Shown here piece by piece: positions 47,680 through 56,707 of a stretch of DNA of 64,000 nt. Numbering within the stretch: position 1 is the stretch's first letter; every line of letters begins with the position of its first letter. The notes beneath the pieces were generated by a model. The model was not told where the DNA came from, searched no databases, and saw nothing but the letters and a program-made list of their open reading frames with translations. The position numbers and the translations under genes are program-made. This stretch comes from Acidobacteriota bacterium (GTDB lineage Bacteria > Acidobacteriota > Vicinamibacteria > Vicinamibacterales > CAVVIG01). Location of the stretch: positions 138,580 to 202,579 of the forward strand of contig JAFDVO010000003.1 in NCBI GenBank assembly GCA_018268955.1, written 5' to 3'.

Positions 47680-48720
47680 ATGCGCTTCCTCATCGTGCGC
47701 CTCGGCGCTCTCGGCGACATCGTGCACGCCGTCCCGGTGGCGTCTGCACTGCGGCGTGCCTGGCCAGACGCGGAGATCGACTGGCTGGTCAGCGCGAAGC
47801 ATCGCGAGATCCTCGATCTGGTTCCGGCGGTGACGAACCTCATCGTCGTCAACGACCGCCGCGAGGGCAGCGGCGGGCTTTCGCTGTTGGGCGCCGTGCG
47901 GGCAATGCGGGGGAGGCGCTACGATGTTGCGCTCGACCTCCAGGGTCTGCTGAAGTCCGCGGTCCTCGCGCGCCTCTCCGGCGCGCGGCGCGTCATCGGA
48001 TTCTCGTCGCAGTACGCGCGCGAGCCACTTGCGAGCCGTTTCTACACTGAGACATATGCGCCCGGCGGTGCGGGCCTGCGCCAGTCCGGACCGATCCAGC
48101 ACGTCGTCCGCGCCAACCTCGGTATGGTCGAGCGGCTCGGGATGAGCGCTGGTGAGCCCGAGTTCGGCTTGCGGATTGTGCGGTCGCCCGCGGTTGAGCG
48201 CACGCTCGCGGGCATTGGACGGCGCTACGCGCTGCTGAACGTCGGGGCCGCGTGGCCGAACAAGCGGTGGCCCGCCTCCCGCTTTGCCGCGCTTGCGCGC
48301 GCGCTGCACGAACGGCACGGTCTGCCCTCGCTCGTGCTGTGGGGGCCGGCGGAGCGAGAGTTGGCTGACGAAGTCGTGGGGAAGGCCGGTGGTGCCGCGA
48401 CCGCTGCACCGCAGACCACCATCGCGGATATCGCGGCCTTCGCTTTCGGCGCCGCCGTGATGGTGTCAGGCGACACCGGACCAACACACATCGCGTCCGC
48501 CGTCGGTACGCCGCTCGTGGGCATCTACGGGCCGACCCGCCCGGAACGCAACGGCCCGCTCGGGCGAGACGATGAGAGTGTGTCGAGAGCGGCTGTGTGC
48601 CAGTGCCACCATCTGCGACAATGCAAGCTCCAACGCATGTGTCTGCTCGACATCGAAGTTCCCGAGGTGCTCGCTGCCGTCGAACGTCGCCTCGCCGCCA
48701 CGGAGCGGCACCGTGGCTGA
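47680..48720 (+). CDS. LPS heptosyltransferase (GT9), WaaC-like
   Basis: MRFLIVRLGALGDIVHAVP, and C-terminal SGDTGPTHIASAVGTPLVGIYGPT. Confidence 0.75.
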   Translation: MRFLIVRLGALGDIVHAVPVASALRRAWPDAEIDWLVSAKHREILDLVPAVTNLIVVNDRREGSGGLSLLGAVRAMRGRRYDVALDLQGLLKSAVLARLSGARRVIGFSSQYAREPLASRFYTETYAPGGAGLRQSGPIQHVVRANLGMVERLGMSAGEPEFGLRIVRSPAVERTLAGIGRRYALLNVGAAWPNKRWPASRFAALARALHERHGLPSLVLWGPAERELADEVVGKAGGAATAAPQTTIADIAAFAFGAAVMVSGDTGPTHIASAVGTPLVGIYGPTRPERNGPLGRDDESVSRAAVCQCHHLRQCKLQRMCLLDIEVPEVLAAVERRLAATERHRG

Positions 48721-49252
48721 TCTCACGAAACGCCTTGCGCGCCTGCGCGTGCCGCTCGGTTTCGCATTCGCCCTGTTCGTCCTCTGGTTCGCACAGCCAA
48801 CCGGCCGCCTCCTGCTGGTCGGCGGCATCATCGCGGCTGCTGGCGAATCGCTGCGGATCTGGGCCGCCGGTCACCTGAACAAGTCACGTGAAGTGACCTC
48901 GTCCGGCCCGTACCAGTGGTTCGCGCACCCGCTCTACGTCGGCTCGTCGGTCATGGGCGTTGGGCTCGCGATCGCATCGGGCAGCGTCCTGGTTGCACTG
49001 CTGATCGCCGTGTATCTCGGGTCCACGATCACGGCGGCCGTTCGGAGCGAGGAGGCCTTCCTCCGCTCGAAGTTCGGCGACGCGTACGACAGGTATCGGC
49101 GCGGCGAGGGCGGCCCGCGCGACCAGATGGCCGCCACCAGGCGCTTCAGCACCGCACAGGCGATGGCGAATCACGAGTACCGCGCGATTGTCGGCGTGGT
49201 GCTCGCCGTGTTGCTGCTCGCTCTGAAGGCGGCCTATAATGGCGCGTTTTAA
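48713..49252 (+). CDS. isoprenylcysteine carboxyl / phospholipid methyltransferase-family membrane protein
   Basis: Multi-TM protein with LVTSGPYQWFAHPLYVG-type motif (here EVTSSGPYQWFAHPLYVGS) and EEAFLRSKFGDAY. The GTG start overlaps the upstream stop. Confidence 0.7.
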   Translation: MADLTKRLARLRVPLGFAFALFVLWFAQPTGRLLLVGGIIAAAGESLRIWAAGHLNKSREVTSSGPYQWFAHPLYVGSSVMGVGLAIASGSVLVALLIAVYLGSTITAAVRSEEAFLRSKFGDAYDRYRRGEGGPRDQMAATRRFSTAQAMANHEYRAIVGVVLAVLLLALKAAYNGAF

Positions 49253-49321
49253 CCCACGCGCACGCGAGCACCGACGCGTCGTCACCTGACGCCCTCGCCC
49301 GCATGCTCGAGGACGCCGGCC

Positions 49322-49397
49322 GGGCGGTTAGCTCAGTTGGTAGAGCACCGGCTTTACACGCCGGCTGTCACAGGTTCGAGTCCTGTACCGCCCACCA
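49322..49397 (+). tRNA. tRNA-Val (anticodon TAC), CCA encoded
   Basis: Manual cloverleaf: GGGCGGT/ACCGCCC acceptor, GCTC...GAGC D-arm, CCGGC-TTTACAC-GCCGG anticodon arm, ACAGG-TTCGAGT-CCTGT T-arm. Confidence 0.9.
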
Positions 49398-49585
49398 CTC
49401 TCCCAATCGCCAATTGCTGGTTGCGGTTCGCAGATTGGGCGGGGAACGCACATTCAGTGATTTCGCGGTTGGCGTACGGCTCACCGGTTTGCTACACTCA
49501 AGAGTCTTGGCGGGCCTGAACAGCGGCCGTCGAGGCACAATCTGAAATCTGAATTCTGGCAGCCAGCAATTCAGGTCGCTTCTGT

Positions 49586-49662
<77 letters not shown>

Positions 49663-49704
49663 CTCACCCTCACCGGGTTGGGTGGCATCCCCCAGAACAA
49701 CTCA

Positions 49705-50199
49705 TCACGCTTCCTGAGCGTCCTGCGCTCGCGACGTCGGCTCTGCCGTCAGCACGACCACGGCGCGGCAGGGCTCCTCGCTCGTGCTCGCGTACCCGTG
49801 CGCAGCTCCGCTGCAGATGTGCAGCGAGTCTCCGGCTGCAAGCTCGAATCGGTCGCCGTCGACGATGACGAGCAGCGTGCCGGAGAGGACGTGCAGGAAC
49901 TCCGTCGCCTGGTGCGTGTGCAGCCGCATGGCGGCCGGTGAACGGAACGTGGCCAGGTAGGCGTCGAGCGGCCTGTTCACGGCGGTGTAGTTGAGCGCTT
50001 CGAAGTCGTAGGCCGGCTCGCTGACGTCCTGGGCTTCGGGGAACGAGATGCGCTCCGAACCCCGTGAGGAGGAACAGCAGTTCCACTTCCCGTGGGTAGT
50101 AGACGTGGCACTCGAAGTCGCTGACATACCGGTCAACCTCCTCGCGTGCGGCACCCGGAAACTTGTCGTAGAGAAACCGGATCTCCGCACGCTGCTCAT
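49705..50199 (-). CDS. cupin-domain protein (true start uncertain, probably well downstream of 50199)
   Basis: C-terminal LHTHQATEFLHVLSGTLLVIVDGDRFELAAGDSLHICSGAAHGY cupin motifs. The N-terminal ~50 aa of the ORF overlap the methyltransferase 3' end in another frame. Confidence 0.55.
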   Translation of the reverse strand: MSSVRRSGFSTTSFRVPHARRLTGMSATSSATSTTHGKWNCCSSSRGSERISFPEAQDVSEPAYDFEALNYTAVNRPLDAYLATFRSPAAMRLHTHQATEFLHVLSGTLLVIVDGDRFELAAGDSLHICSGAAHGYASTSEEPCRAVVVLTAEPTSRAQDAQEA

Positions 50200-50765
50200 G
50201 CGGTAGGTACCGGGTCGTCTTGTACCTCAGCAGGCGAGCGCCGGTATCCGGGTGTTTCGTCGATCTCGAGGAGCGTTCTCGGCGGGGTCTGCATCGACTC
50301 GGCGTAGGCCGCGAGGTCCGGCATCGTGAGATCAGCCACGAACCGCCCACCCGGCGTGAGGTTGTCCCAGGCGCAGCGCCAGGCGCGCCGCTGCTCCTCT
50401 ATCGCATGCACATGGGTCAGGGACGAACAGGGGGTGATCACCAGGTCGAAGGGCGCATCCCCGGTCCAGTCGCGAATGTCACCAGGCACGAACCGCACAC
50501 GCGCACGTTCGTCGCGGGAGAGTGCCAGCCGCTTGTCCTCCGCTTCCCGCCGCATTGTGGCCGCGATCTCGAGGCCGACGATGTCGAAGTCGAGATGTGG
50601 TGCGAGCTGCGCGAGCGGCAGGGTGACTCGACCGCTGCCGGAGGCGAACTCGAGGACGCGTCTGGGCCGGTGGCGTGCGACCAGCGACTGGTAGAACCGC
50701 ACATCCTCGTCGTCGCCCTGGTGTTCGAGGTCGTAGTCTTCTGGACGCTCGTAGATGGATTCCAT
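50040..50765 (-). pseudogene. class I SAM-dependent methyltransferase interrupted by a frameshift near 50245 (pseudogene or assembly error)
   Basis: The frame from 50765 (MESIYERPEDYD...VLEFASGSGRVT...LLEIDETPG) continues sensibly only in another frame (DTGARLLRYKTTRYLPHEQRAEIRFLYDKF...YYPREVELLFLLTGFG). Confidence 0.6.
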
Positions 50766-50937
50766 GTGCGTGTGGCGATGCCACCACCAGGCCGCCGCCT
50801 GCGGATGTGCTGTGAATCGGTTGACTGGGAGGACAGAGGGTGCACGCGAACGTGCTCCCGGCGAAACCCGCATGCGGACGGGCTGTGGGGTGACGGCTCC
50901 GATGTTGAAGGCATACGGTCCCGAAAGGAGAGACCAC

Positions 50938-51207
50938 ATGGCATTGTCGTCATTGGCACGCACGGATCACAGCGAGGGTTCGGTCGCACGAAGCATCGAA
51001 GAGCAGACGGCGAAGCTGCCGTCCGACACATTCCTCTGGGCAGCGGTCGCCTCGATGGCGACCTCGGCGACGTTTCACCTGATGGGGAACAAGGATGCGA
51101 GCGTCTTCGTGGGGCAGTGGGCGCCGACGTTCCTGATCCTCGGCCTCTACAACAAGCTCGTGAAGCAGCTCGGGTCGGACTACAGGGATTCGGGAGCGCG
51201 CGCCTGA
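50938..51207 (+). CDS. small membrane protein (89 aa)
   Basis: ATG at 50938 follows aaaggagag. Two hydrophobic segments (FLWAAVASMATSATF, WAPTFLILGLY). Confidence 0.5.
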   Translation: MALSSLARTDHSEGSVARSIEEQTAKLPSDTFLWAAVASMATSATFHLMGNKDASVFVGQWAPTFLILGLYNKLVKQLGSDYRDSGARA

Positions 51208-51335
51208 AGCGACGTCGTCGACGCGGGTGAGTCATGCAAGGCGCGGTGGTTCCATCCCGGAACCCCGCGCCTTCCTTGTGTCTGGCGATGTGGTGTGCGA
51301 CCGCACGGGACGCGCACGCTGCGCGTGCGAACCGC

Positions 51336-51884
51336 TCAGCGGGCGTCGTCGCAGGTGGCGGCAAGCATGGAGACGTGATCGACGTCCACCTTGCGGACCA
51401 GGATGCGGTTCTTCTGTTCCTTGCCTTCGTTCGGTGCCGCGAACACCGACGCGTTCGGCACGTTCGCCTTCATCGTGCGGTCGTCGGACTTGACCGTGAG
51501 TTCGGTCCAGCGGTCCTTCCGTTCGAGCTTGATCTCGCCGTCCTTCAGGTCGCCCTTCAGGTCGCCCTTGATCTCGACGAGGTGCCCGATGTTCTTCTTC
51601 AGGTCGTTGTCGCCATCGAGCCAGTAGAAGACCGACTCGTAGCCCCCGCTCGTGCCGACCGCCCCTGGCTGCACGCGCGTGTCTTCAGCGCGCTGCCACG
51701 CTGGCGCGGCGCTCGTGTTCGTCAGCAGGTATCCGGCGCCGTCTCCGTCGCCCTTGACGAGACAGCCCTTCAGCGTAATCGAGTCTTCCGCCGCGCCGAG
51801 GACGGCGACGCCGCTCACGAAAGGTGTGCTGAGGCAGAGCGAACAGACCGCGAGCCCTGCGATGGTCTGAATAGTTCGAGCCAT
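51336..51884 (-). CDS. secreted hypothetical protein
   Basis: Start at MARTIQTIAGLAVCSLCLS (gggagg SD), a signal peptide, and a repeated GDLKGDLKDGEIK segment. Confidence 0.6.
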   Translation of the reverse strand: MARTIQTIAGLAVCSLCLSTPFVSGVAVLGAAEDSITLKGCLVKGDGDGAGYLLTNTSAAPAWQRAEDTRVQPGAVGTSGGYESVFYWLDGDNDLKKNIGHLVEIKGDLKGDLKDGEIKLERKDRWTELTVKSDDRTMKANVPNASVFAAPNEGKEQKNRILVRKVDVDHVSMLAATCDDAR

Positions 51885-51944
51885 GTGTGACCTCCCGCGG
51901 GAGAGAAGTGCAGGAAGCGATCCCGACTCGTTAAAACGGGCTAA

Positions 51945-52062
51945 TGCAACAATGCAATAACGCAACAACGCAGTAACGCAACAACGCAGTAACGCAACAA
52001 CGCAGTAACGCCGTCATCGCGCATGTGCCTTGTTGCGTTCCTGCGTTCAGCGTTACCGCGTT
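51945..52062. repeat. 16-nt tandem array (CGCAACAACGCAGTAA x3 plus one degenerate unit) followed by inverted AACGC-type half-sites
   Basis: 51945-52008 is the direct array. 52031-52062 (tgttgcgttcctgcgttcagcgttaccgcgtt) carries the motif in the opposite orientation. The region lies upstream of the 51884 gene start. Confidence 0.85.
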
Positions 52063-52067
52063 CCCAC

Positions 52068-52424
52068 TCACGTGCTCGCTGCCTTCAGCTTCGACACTTC
52101 GGTCTCGGGCGAGTGCTCTTCGTAGAGGTTGCCGGTGCGGTCGAGCAGGTAGCCGGCGACGGCCGGGGAGACATCGTTACCGAACAGGTCCTGCTCCTCG
52201 CCCGCGGGACTCGCGAGCGGATCCGTCTCGGGCTCGTCCGGCAGCGCGGAGAGGTAATCCGGAATGGTGATGCTGCTGGCCGGCGTCGGCGCCGCGGGCA
52301 GCGGCGTGGCCATCCGCGCTGGGCGTGAGGATGCAGATGAGCTGTGCGCGTGCCACGCGCCTGCTGTCCAGCCGGCCAACGGCGACAGTGTAACGGTGAG
52401 GATGATCGCAAGCCCTCTCTGCAC
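52068..52424 (-). CDS. possible small secreted protein (GTG start, 118 aa)
   Basis: VQRGLAIILTVTLSPLAGWTAGAWHA looks like a signal sequence after an aggggacgcc SD. The remainder is acidic and Pro-rich. The upstream part of the track ORF was rejected. Confidence 0.35.
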   Translation of the reverse strand: MQRGLAIILTVTLSPLAGWTAGAWHAHSSSASSRPARMATPLPAAPTPASSITIPDYLSALPDEPETDPLASPAGEEQDLFGNDVSPAVAGYLLDRTGNLYEEHSPETEVSKLKAAST

Positions 52425-52535
52425 GGCGTCCCCTGGACACGTGCCTTGTGCAACCGAAATGCCACGCGACTGCGCACGCGCTGTGGTGGATCGGCGGTTG
52501 CAGCGCTGGGTCTCGTGCAGCCCTTTCGAACCCGC

Positions 52536-54863
52536 ATGAGGCAGTGGACGCAGCGTCTGCACGACCTGCGACGGTCTCACCCCGGCCTGGTGAGGAACAC
52601 CGCGATCGGCGCGCTGGTGCTGGTGCTGGCCGGCATGGTCGTGACAGGGTGGTTCGTCGCGTCGCTGATGCGCGGGCTGCCGGACGTCGATGCCCTGCGT
52701 CGCATCGGGGAGATGGACCAGGCGACCGCCGTTTTCGATCGGAACGACCAGCTCGCATTTACGATCTTCAAGGAGCAGCGCATCGAGGTGCCGCTGGCCT
52801 CGGTTTCACCGCACCTGAAGCAGGCGGTGCTCGCCATCGAAGACAAGCGGTTCTACGACCACAACGGCTTCGATACCGTGCGCATCGGGTCGGCGCTGCT
52901 CGCGAACATCCGCCGCGGCCGCCTCGCGCAGGGCGGCAGCACCATCACCCAGCAGCTCGCCCGACAGAGCTTCCTCACACCCGACAAGACCTATCGCCGG
53001 AAGCTCCAGGAACTCATCCTCGCCGGGCGCATCGAGCGCATGTACTCGAAGGATCAGATCCTCGAGATGTACCTGAACAAGGTGTATTTCGGGGACGGCC
53101 TCTACGGCGTCGAGGCGGCATCGCGCGGCTATTTCGGCAAGCACGCCTCGGAACTGACCGTGCCGGAGGCGGCCCTGCTGGCCGGACTCGTGAAATCGCC
53201 GTCGTCCTACGCGCCGACCGTGAGCCTCGAACGTGCGGTGGCCCGCCGCAACGTCGTCCTGCAGGCGATGCAGGACTTCGGGGCGATCGACGACAGCGCG
53301 AGGCAGGCGGCGCGGAAGACGAAGCCGATCCTGAAAGACACGCTGCGCGCCGACGAGCCGCACGGGCAGTACTTCAAGGAACAGGTGCGCCGCGAACTGG
53401 TCGACCGCTTCGGCTGGCAGCGCGTCTACCAGGGTGGATTGCGCGTCTACGCGACCATCGACATGGCGATGCAGGTCGCCGCCGACACCGCCGTGGCGGA
53501 GGGGCTGAAGGGGCTCGACGAGCGTCGCGCGGCAGTGGCGAAAAGGCGCAAGCAGGCGCCGCCATCAGATGAGGCGCCGCTCCAGGCCGCCCTGGTGGCG
53601 CTCGACCCCGTGAGCGGGCACGTGCTCGCGATGATCGGCGGCCGCAGCTTCGATGACTCGCACTTCAATCGCGCCGTGCAGGCACGCCGCCAGCCCGGCT
53701 CTGCGTTCAAGCCGTTCGTGTACGCCGCCGCGCTGGAAGCGGGCTACACACCGGCGACGCTCATCGAGAACCTCAGCGCTCCCGTGCCGACGCTTCAGGG
53801 TGCGTGGACACCAGAAGACGAGCATTCGAATTCGGACTCGATGACCCTCCGGGCGGCGCTCCGGACGTCCAGCAACAGAGCGGCGGTGCGCCTCCTTCAG
53901 GACGTTGGGATTCCAAAGACCGTGCAGTACGCCAAGGCGATGGGCGTCGGTGACGTGCCGAGTGTTCCCTCGCTGGCGCTGGGCTCTGGCGAGGTGACCC
54001 TGCAGTCGCTCACAGCCGCGTACGCCGCGTTCGCGAATCACGGGGTCGTGCCGAAGCCGCTCCTGATCCGGCGTGTCGAGGACCGCGAGGGAAACGTCCT
54101 GTACTCATCGGAGGAATCCGGCACGCGGGCCATCAGTGACGTCACCGCCTACCTCATGTCCAGCATGCTCGCGGATGTCGTCAACGCGGGGACGGCCGCG
54201 AAGGCGCGGACACTTGGGTTCACCCTCCCCGCCGCGGGGAAGACGGGAACGACGAACGACTACCACGATGCGTGGTTCGTCGGGTTCACCCCGTCGCTCG
54301 TCGCGGGCGTGTGGGTCGGCTTCGATCAGCCGCAGACGATCCTGCCGAACGGCTTTGCCGCTGACGTGGCGGTGCCGCTCTGGGCGTCCTTCATGAAGGC
54401 GGCGACCAAGGGCGAGAAGCCGCGCTGGCTGTCGATGCCCGGCGGGATTGTGACCGCGGACGTGTGCCGCATGTCGGGCAAGCTCGCCGCGGAAGGGTGC
54501 GCGCATGCGGACGTCATCGACGAGCACGGCCAGCTCGCCAAGCGCTCGATGGTCTACACCGAGTACTTCGCCCGTGGCACGCAGCCGACCACCACCTGCG
54601 AGATCCACGCGTCCCGCGGGTTCTTCGGGACGCTCGCCGCCGCGTTCACCGGCGGGGGTGAGAAGCCGCCGACCCCGCACATCGAAGACACGGGCGTGCC
54701 AGCGGTTGCGGCAACAACCGGCGAGACGAGCGCGCCGCCGGTGCCCGAGAGGGCGAAAGCGGAGGAGCCCCAGAAGAAGAAGCGCGGGTTCTGGTCCCGC
54801 GTCTTCGGGATCAGCCGCGGAGACGACGAGGAGGAGGGCGGGAAGAAACCGAAGCAGCGGTGA
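52536..54863 (+). CDS. mrcA: penicillin-binding protein 1A (bifunctional transglycosylase/transpeptidase)
   Basis: GT51 motifs (AIEDKRFYDHNGFD, GGSTITQQLAR, RKLQE), transpeptidase motifs (SAFKPF, SSN, KTGTT) and an N-terminal TM anchor. Start at 52536. Confidence 0.9.
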   Translation: MRQWTQRLHDLRRSHPGLVRNTAIGALVLVLAGMVVTGWFVASLMRGLPDVDALRRIGEMDQATAVFDRNDQLAFTIFKEQRIEVPLASVSPHLKQAVLAIEDKRFYDHNGFDTVRIGSALLANIRRGRLAQGGSTITQQLARQSFLTPDKTYRRKLQELILAGRIERMYSKDQILEMYLNKVYFGDGLYGVEAASRGYFGKHASELTVPEAALLAGLVKSPSSYAPTVSLERAVARRNVVLQAMQDFGAIDDSARQAARKTKPILKDTLRADEPHGQYFKEQVRRELVDRFGWQRVYQGGLRVYATIDMAMQVAADTAVAEGLKGLDERRAAVAKRRKQAPPSDEAPLQAALVALDPVSGHVLAMIGGRSFDDSHFNRAVQARRQPGSAFKPFVYAAALEAGYTPATLIENLSAPVPTLQGAWTPEDEHSNSDSMTLRAALRTSSNRAAVRLLQDVGIPKTVQYAKAMGVGDVPSVPSLALGSGEVTLQSLTAAYAAFANHGVVPKPLLIRRVEDREGNVLYSSEESGTRAISDVTAYLMSSMLADVVNAGTAAKARTLGFTLPAAGKTGTTNDYHDAWFVGFTPSLVAGVWVGFDQPQTILPNGFAADVAVPLWASFMKAATKGEKPRWLSMPGGIVTADVCRMSGKLAAEGCAHADVIDEHGQLAKRSMVYTEYFARGTQPTTTCEIHASRGFFGTLAAAFTGGGEKPPTPHIEDTGVPAVAATTGETSAPPVPERAKAEEPQKKKRGFWSRVFGISRGDDEEEGGKKPKQR

Positions 54864-54887
54864 TACGATGCGGAACGCTGGCCGGCC

Positions 54888-55922
54888 ATGCCGTTTCGCG
54901 ACATCATCGGACACCGCAAGCTCGTCGGATTGCTCGCGCGCTCCATCGCGCGTGAGTCGCTGCCGCCCAGCCTCATCTTCTCGGGCCCCGCAGGGGTCGG
55001 CAAGTTCCTCGCGGCCATCTCGACAGCGCAGGCGCTGAACTGTCTGTCGCCGGTGCCCTTCACTTCCGCTGAAGGCCACGAAGCTGTCGGCGTGGATGCG
55101 TGCGGTCGGTGCGCGGCCTGCACGCGGATTGCGCGCGGCATGCACCCCGACGTGCTCATCCTCAAGCCGAACGAGAAGGGCAACATCAAGATCGATCCGG
55201 TCAGGGAAGCGGTCGAGCGCGCCGGGTATCGTCCGTTCGAGGGCCGACGTCGGGTCACGGTCGTCGACTCGGCGGACGGTCTCGAAATCGCCGCGCAGAA
55301 CTCGCTGCTCAAGGTCCTCGAAGAGCCGCCTGCGTCGTCGGTGTTCATCCTCGTCACGGCGCTGCCCGACACGCTGCTGCAGACCGTGCGTTCGCGCTGT
55401 CCGCAACTGCGGTTCCGTGGGTTGCCGCCGCAGGATGTCGTCGCGGCACTGGGGAAGCTCGGGCACGACGAACGGCAGGCCAGGCGCGCCGCCCTGATGG
55501 CAGACGGCAGCATCGGCGCGGCGGTCGCGTTGCGGGACGCGGAAGACGACGACCAGGATGTGCGCGAGCTCGCGCTGCAGGTGCTCGCACAGGCGGCCGG
55601 GTCGGACGATGGACGACGGCGCATCGAGAGCGCGAAGGCACTCGTGGCGAAGACCGGTGCTGGCGTGACTTCCGAGCGCGATCAGCTCGGGCTCTACCTC
55701 CGGGCGATGGCCTCGATCCTGCGCGACGTCGAGGTGCTGTCCACTGGCGCCGACCGGGCACTCCTCGCCAATGCCGATCTGCAACCCGCGATCGAGCGGC
55801 TCACCGCGTTCGCAGGCGCGCGTGGCCGGCAGGCGTTCCTCGCCATCGACCGTGCGCTCGCCGCTATCGAGCGCTACGCCAACGCGAAGATCGTCGCGGA
55901 CTGGCTCGTCCTCCAGCTCTAG
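54888..55922 (+). CDS. holB: DNA polymerase III delta' subunit
   Basis: LIFSGPAGVGK P-loop-like motif, CGRCAACTRI zinc module, and SLLKVLEEPP. Confidence 0.85.
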   Translation: MPFRDIIGHRKLVGLLARSIARESLPPSLIFSGPAGVGKFLAAISTAQALNCLSPVPFTSAEGHEAVGVDACGRCAACTRIARGMHPDVLILKPNEKGNIKIDPVREAVERAGYRPFEGRRRVTVVDSADGLEIAAQNSLLKVLEEPPASSVFILVTALPDTLLQTVRSRCPQLRFRGLPPQDVVAALGKLGHDERQARRAALMADGSIGAAVALRDAEDDDQDVRELALQVLAQAAGSDDGRRRIESAKALVAKTGAGVTSERDQLGLYLRAMASILRDVEVLSTGADRALLANADLQPAIERLTAFAGARGRQAFLAIDRALAAIERYANAKIVADWLVLQL

Positions 55923-55924
55923 CG

Positions 55925-56707
55925 ATGGCTGACCCGGCTTCGCCACAGCCGCTGCGATTCGTCTCGGTGAAGCTGAGCCCTGTGGGGCGTCAGCAGCCGT
56001 TCGTGCTCGAGGGGGACAACTTCGGTCGAGACCCGCAGCCCGGTGACACCATCGTCGTCCAGACGGAGCAGGGGCCAGCCGTCGGGCAGGTGGTGCGGCA
56101 GGTTCCGGACGTCGCGGCGCGCCGCGCCTCGATGGCCGATCCGGCCCGTCGCGTCGTCCGGCTTGCCTCACCGGAGGATATCGTCGCCCGCATGCGGCAC
56201 CGTCAGCGTGAAGCCGACGCCTATCGGTTCGCGCTGCTCAGGGTCCGCGAACGTGGGCTCGCAATGAAGCTCTCGCGCGTGGAGCAGGTCTTCGATGGCT
56301 CGCGGCTGATCTTCTACTTCACCGCCGACGCCCGGGTCGACTTTCGCGAGCTGGTCCGCGAACTCGCGGCGGAGTTCCGGACGCGTATCGAGATGCGCCA
56401 GATCGGTGTCCGCGACGAGGCGCGCGTGCTCGGGGGCTACGGCACCTGCGGACGCCCCCTGTGCTGCACGACCTTCCTGACCTCGTTCGAGCCGGTCTCG
56501 ATCAAGATGGCGAAGCAGCAGGACCTCAGCCTCAACCCCTCGAAGCTGTCCGGCCTGTGTGGTCGGCTGAAGTGCTGCCTGCGCTACGAACTGCCGAACG
56601 CGAAAGGGCAGGTGCACGGCGGCTGTGGCACTGAAGGGGGCTGCGACAACCCGAGTGGATGCGGCACAGGCTCCTGTGCGAGCGGTACCTGCGGATGCAG
56701 ACGATGA
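55925..56707 (+). CDS. PSP1 C-terminal domain protein (RicT/YaaT-like) with Gly/Cys-rich tail
   Basis: FYFTADARVDFRELVRELAAEFRTRIEMRQIGVRDEAR..GG.G.CGRPLCC...LKCCLRYE. It is only the 3' part of track ORF 55100-56707. Confidence 0.85.
   Translation: MADPASPQPLRFVSVKLSPVGRQQPFVLEGDNFGRDPQPGDTIVVQTEQGPAVGQVVRQVPDVAARRASMADPARRVVRLASPEDIVARMRHRQREADAYRFALLRVRERGLAMKLSRVEQVFDGSRLIFYFTADARVDFRELVRELAAEFRTRIEMRQIGVRDEARVLGGYGTCGRPLCCTTFLTSFEPVSIKMAKQQDLSLNPSKLSGLCGRLKCCLRYELPNAKGQVHGGCGTEGGCDNPSGCGTGSCASGTCGCRR

Noticed and set aside
54105-56171. 688-aa minus-strand ORF, and ORFs 54554-55624 and 55100-55924
   Set aside because: They are antisense or out-of-frame to PBP1A, holB and the PSP1 gene, with Arg/Pro-rich composition. 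Only the 55925-56707 part of the 55100-56707 frame is real.
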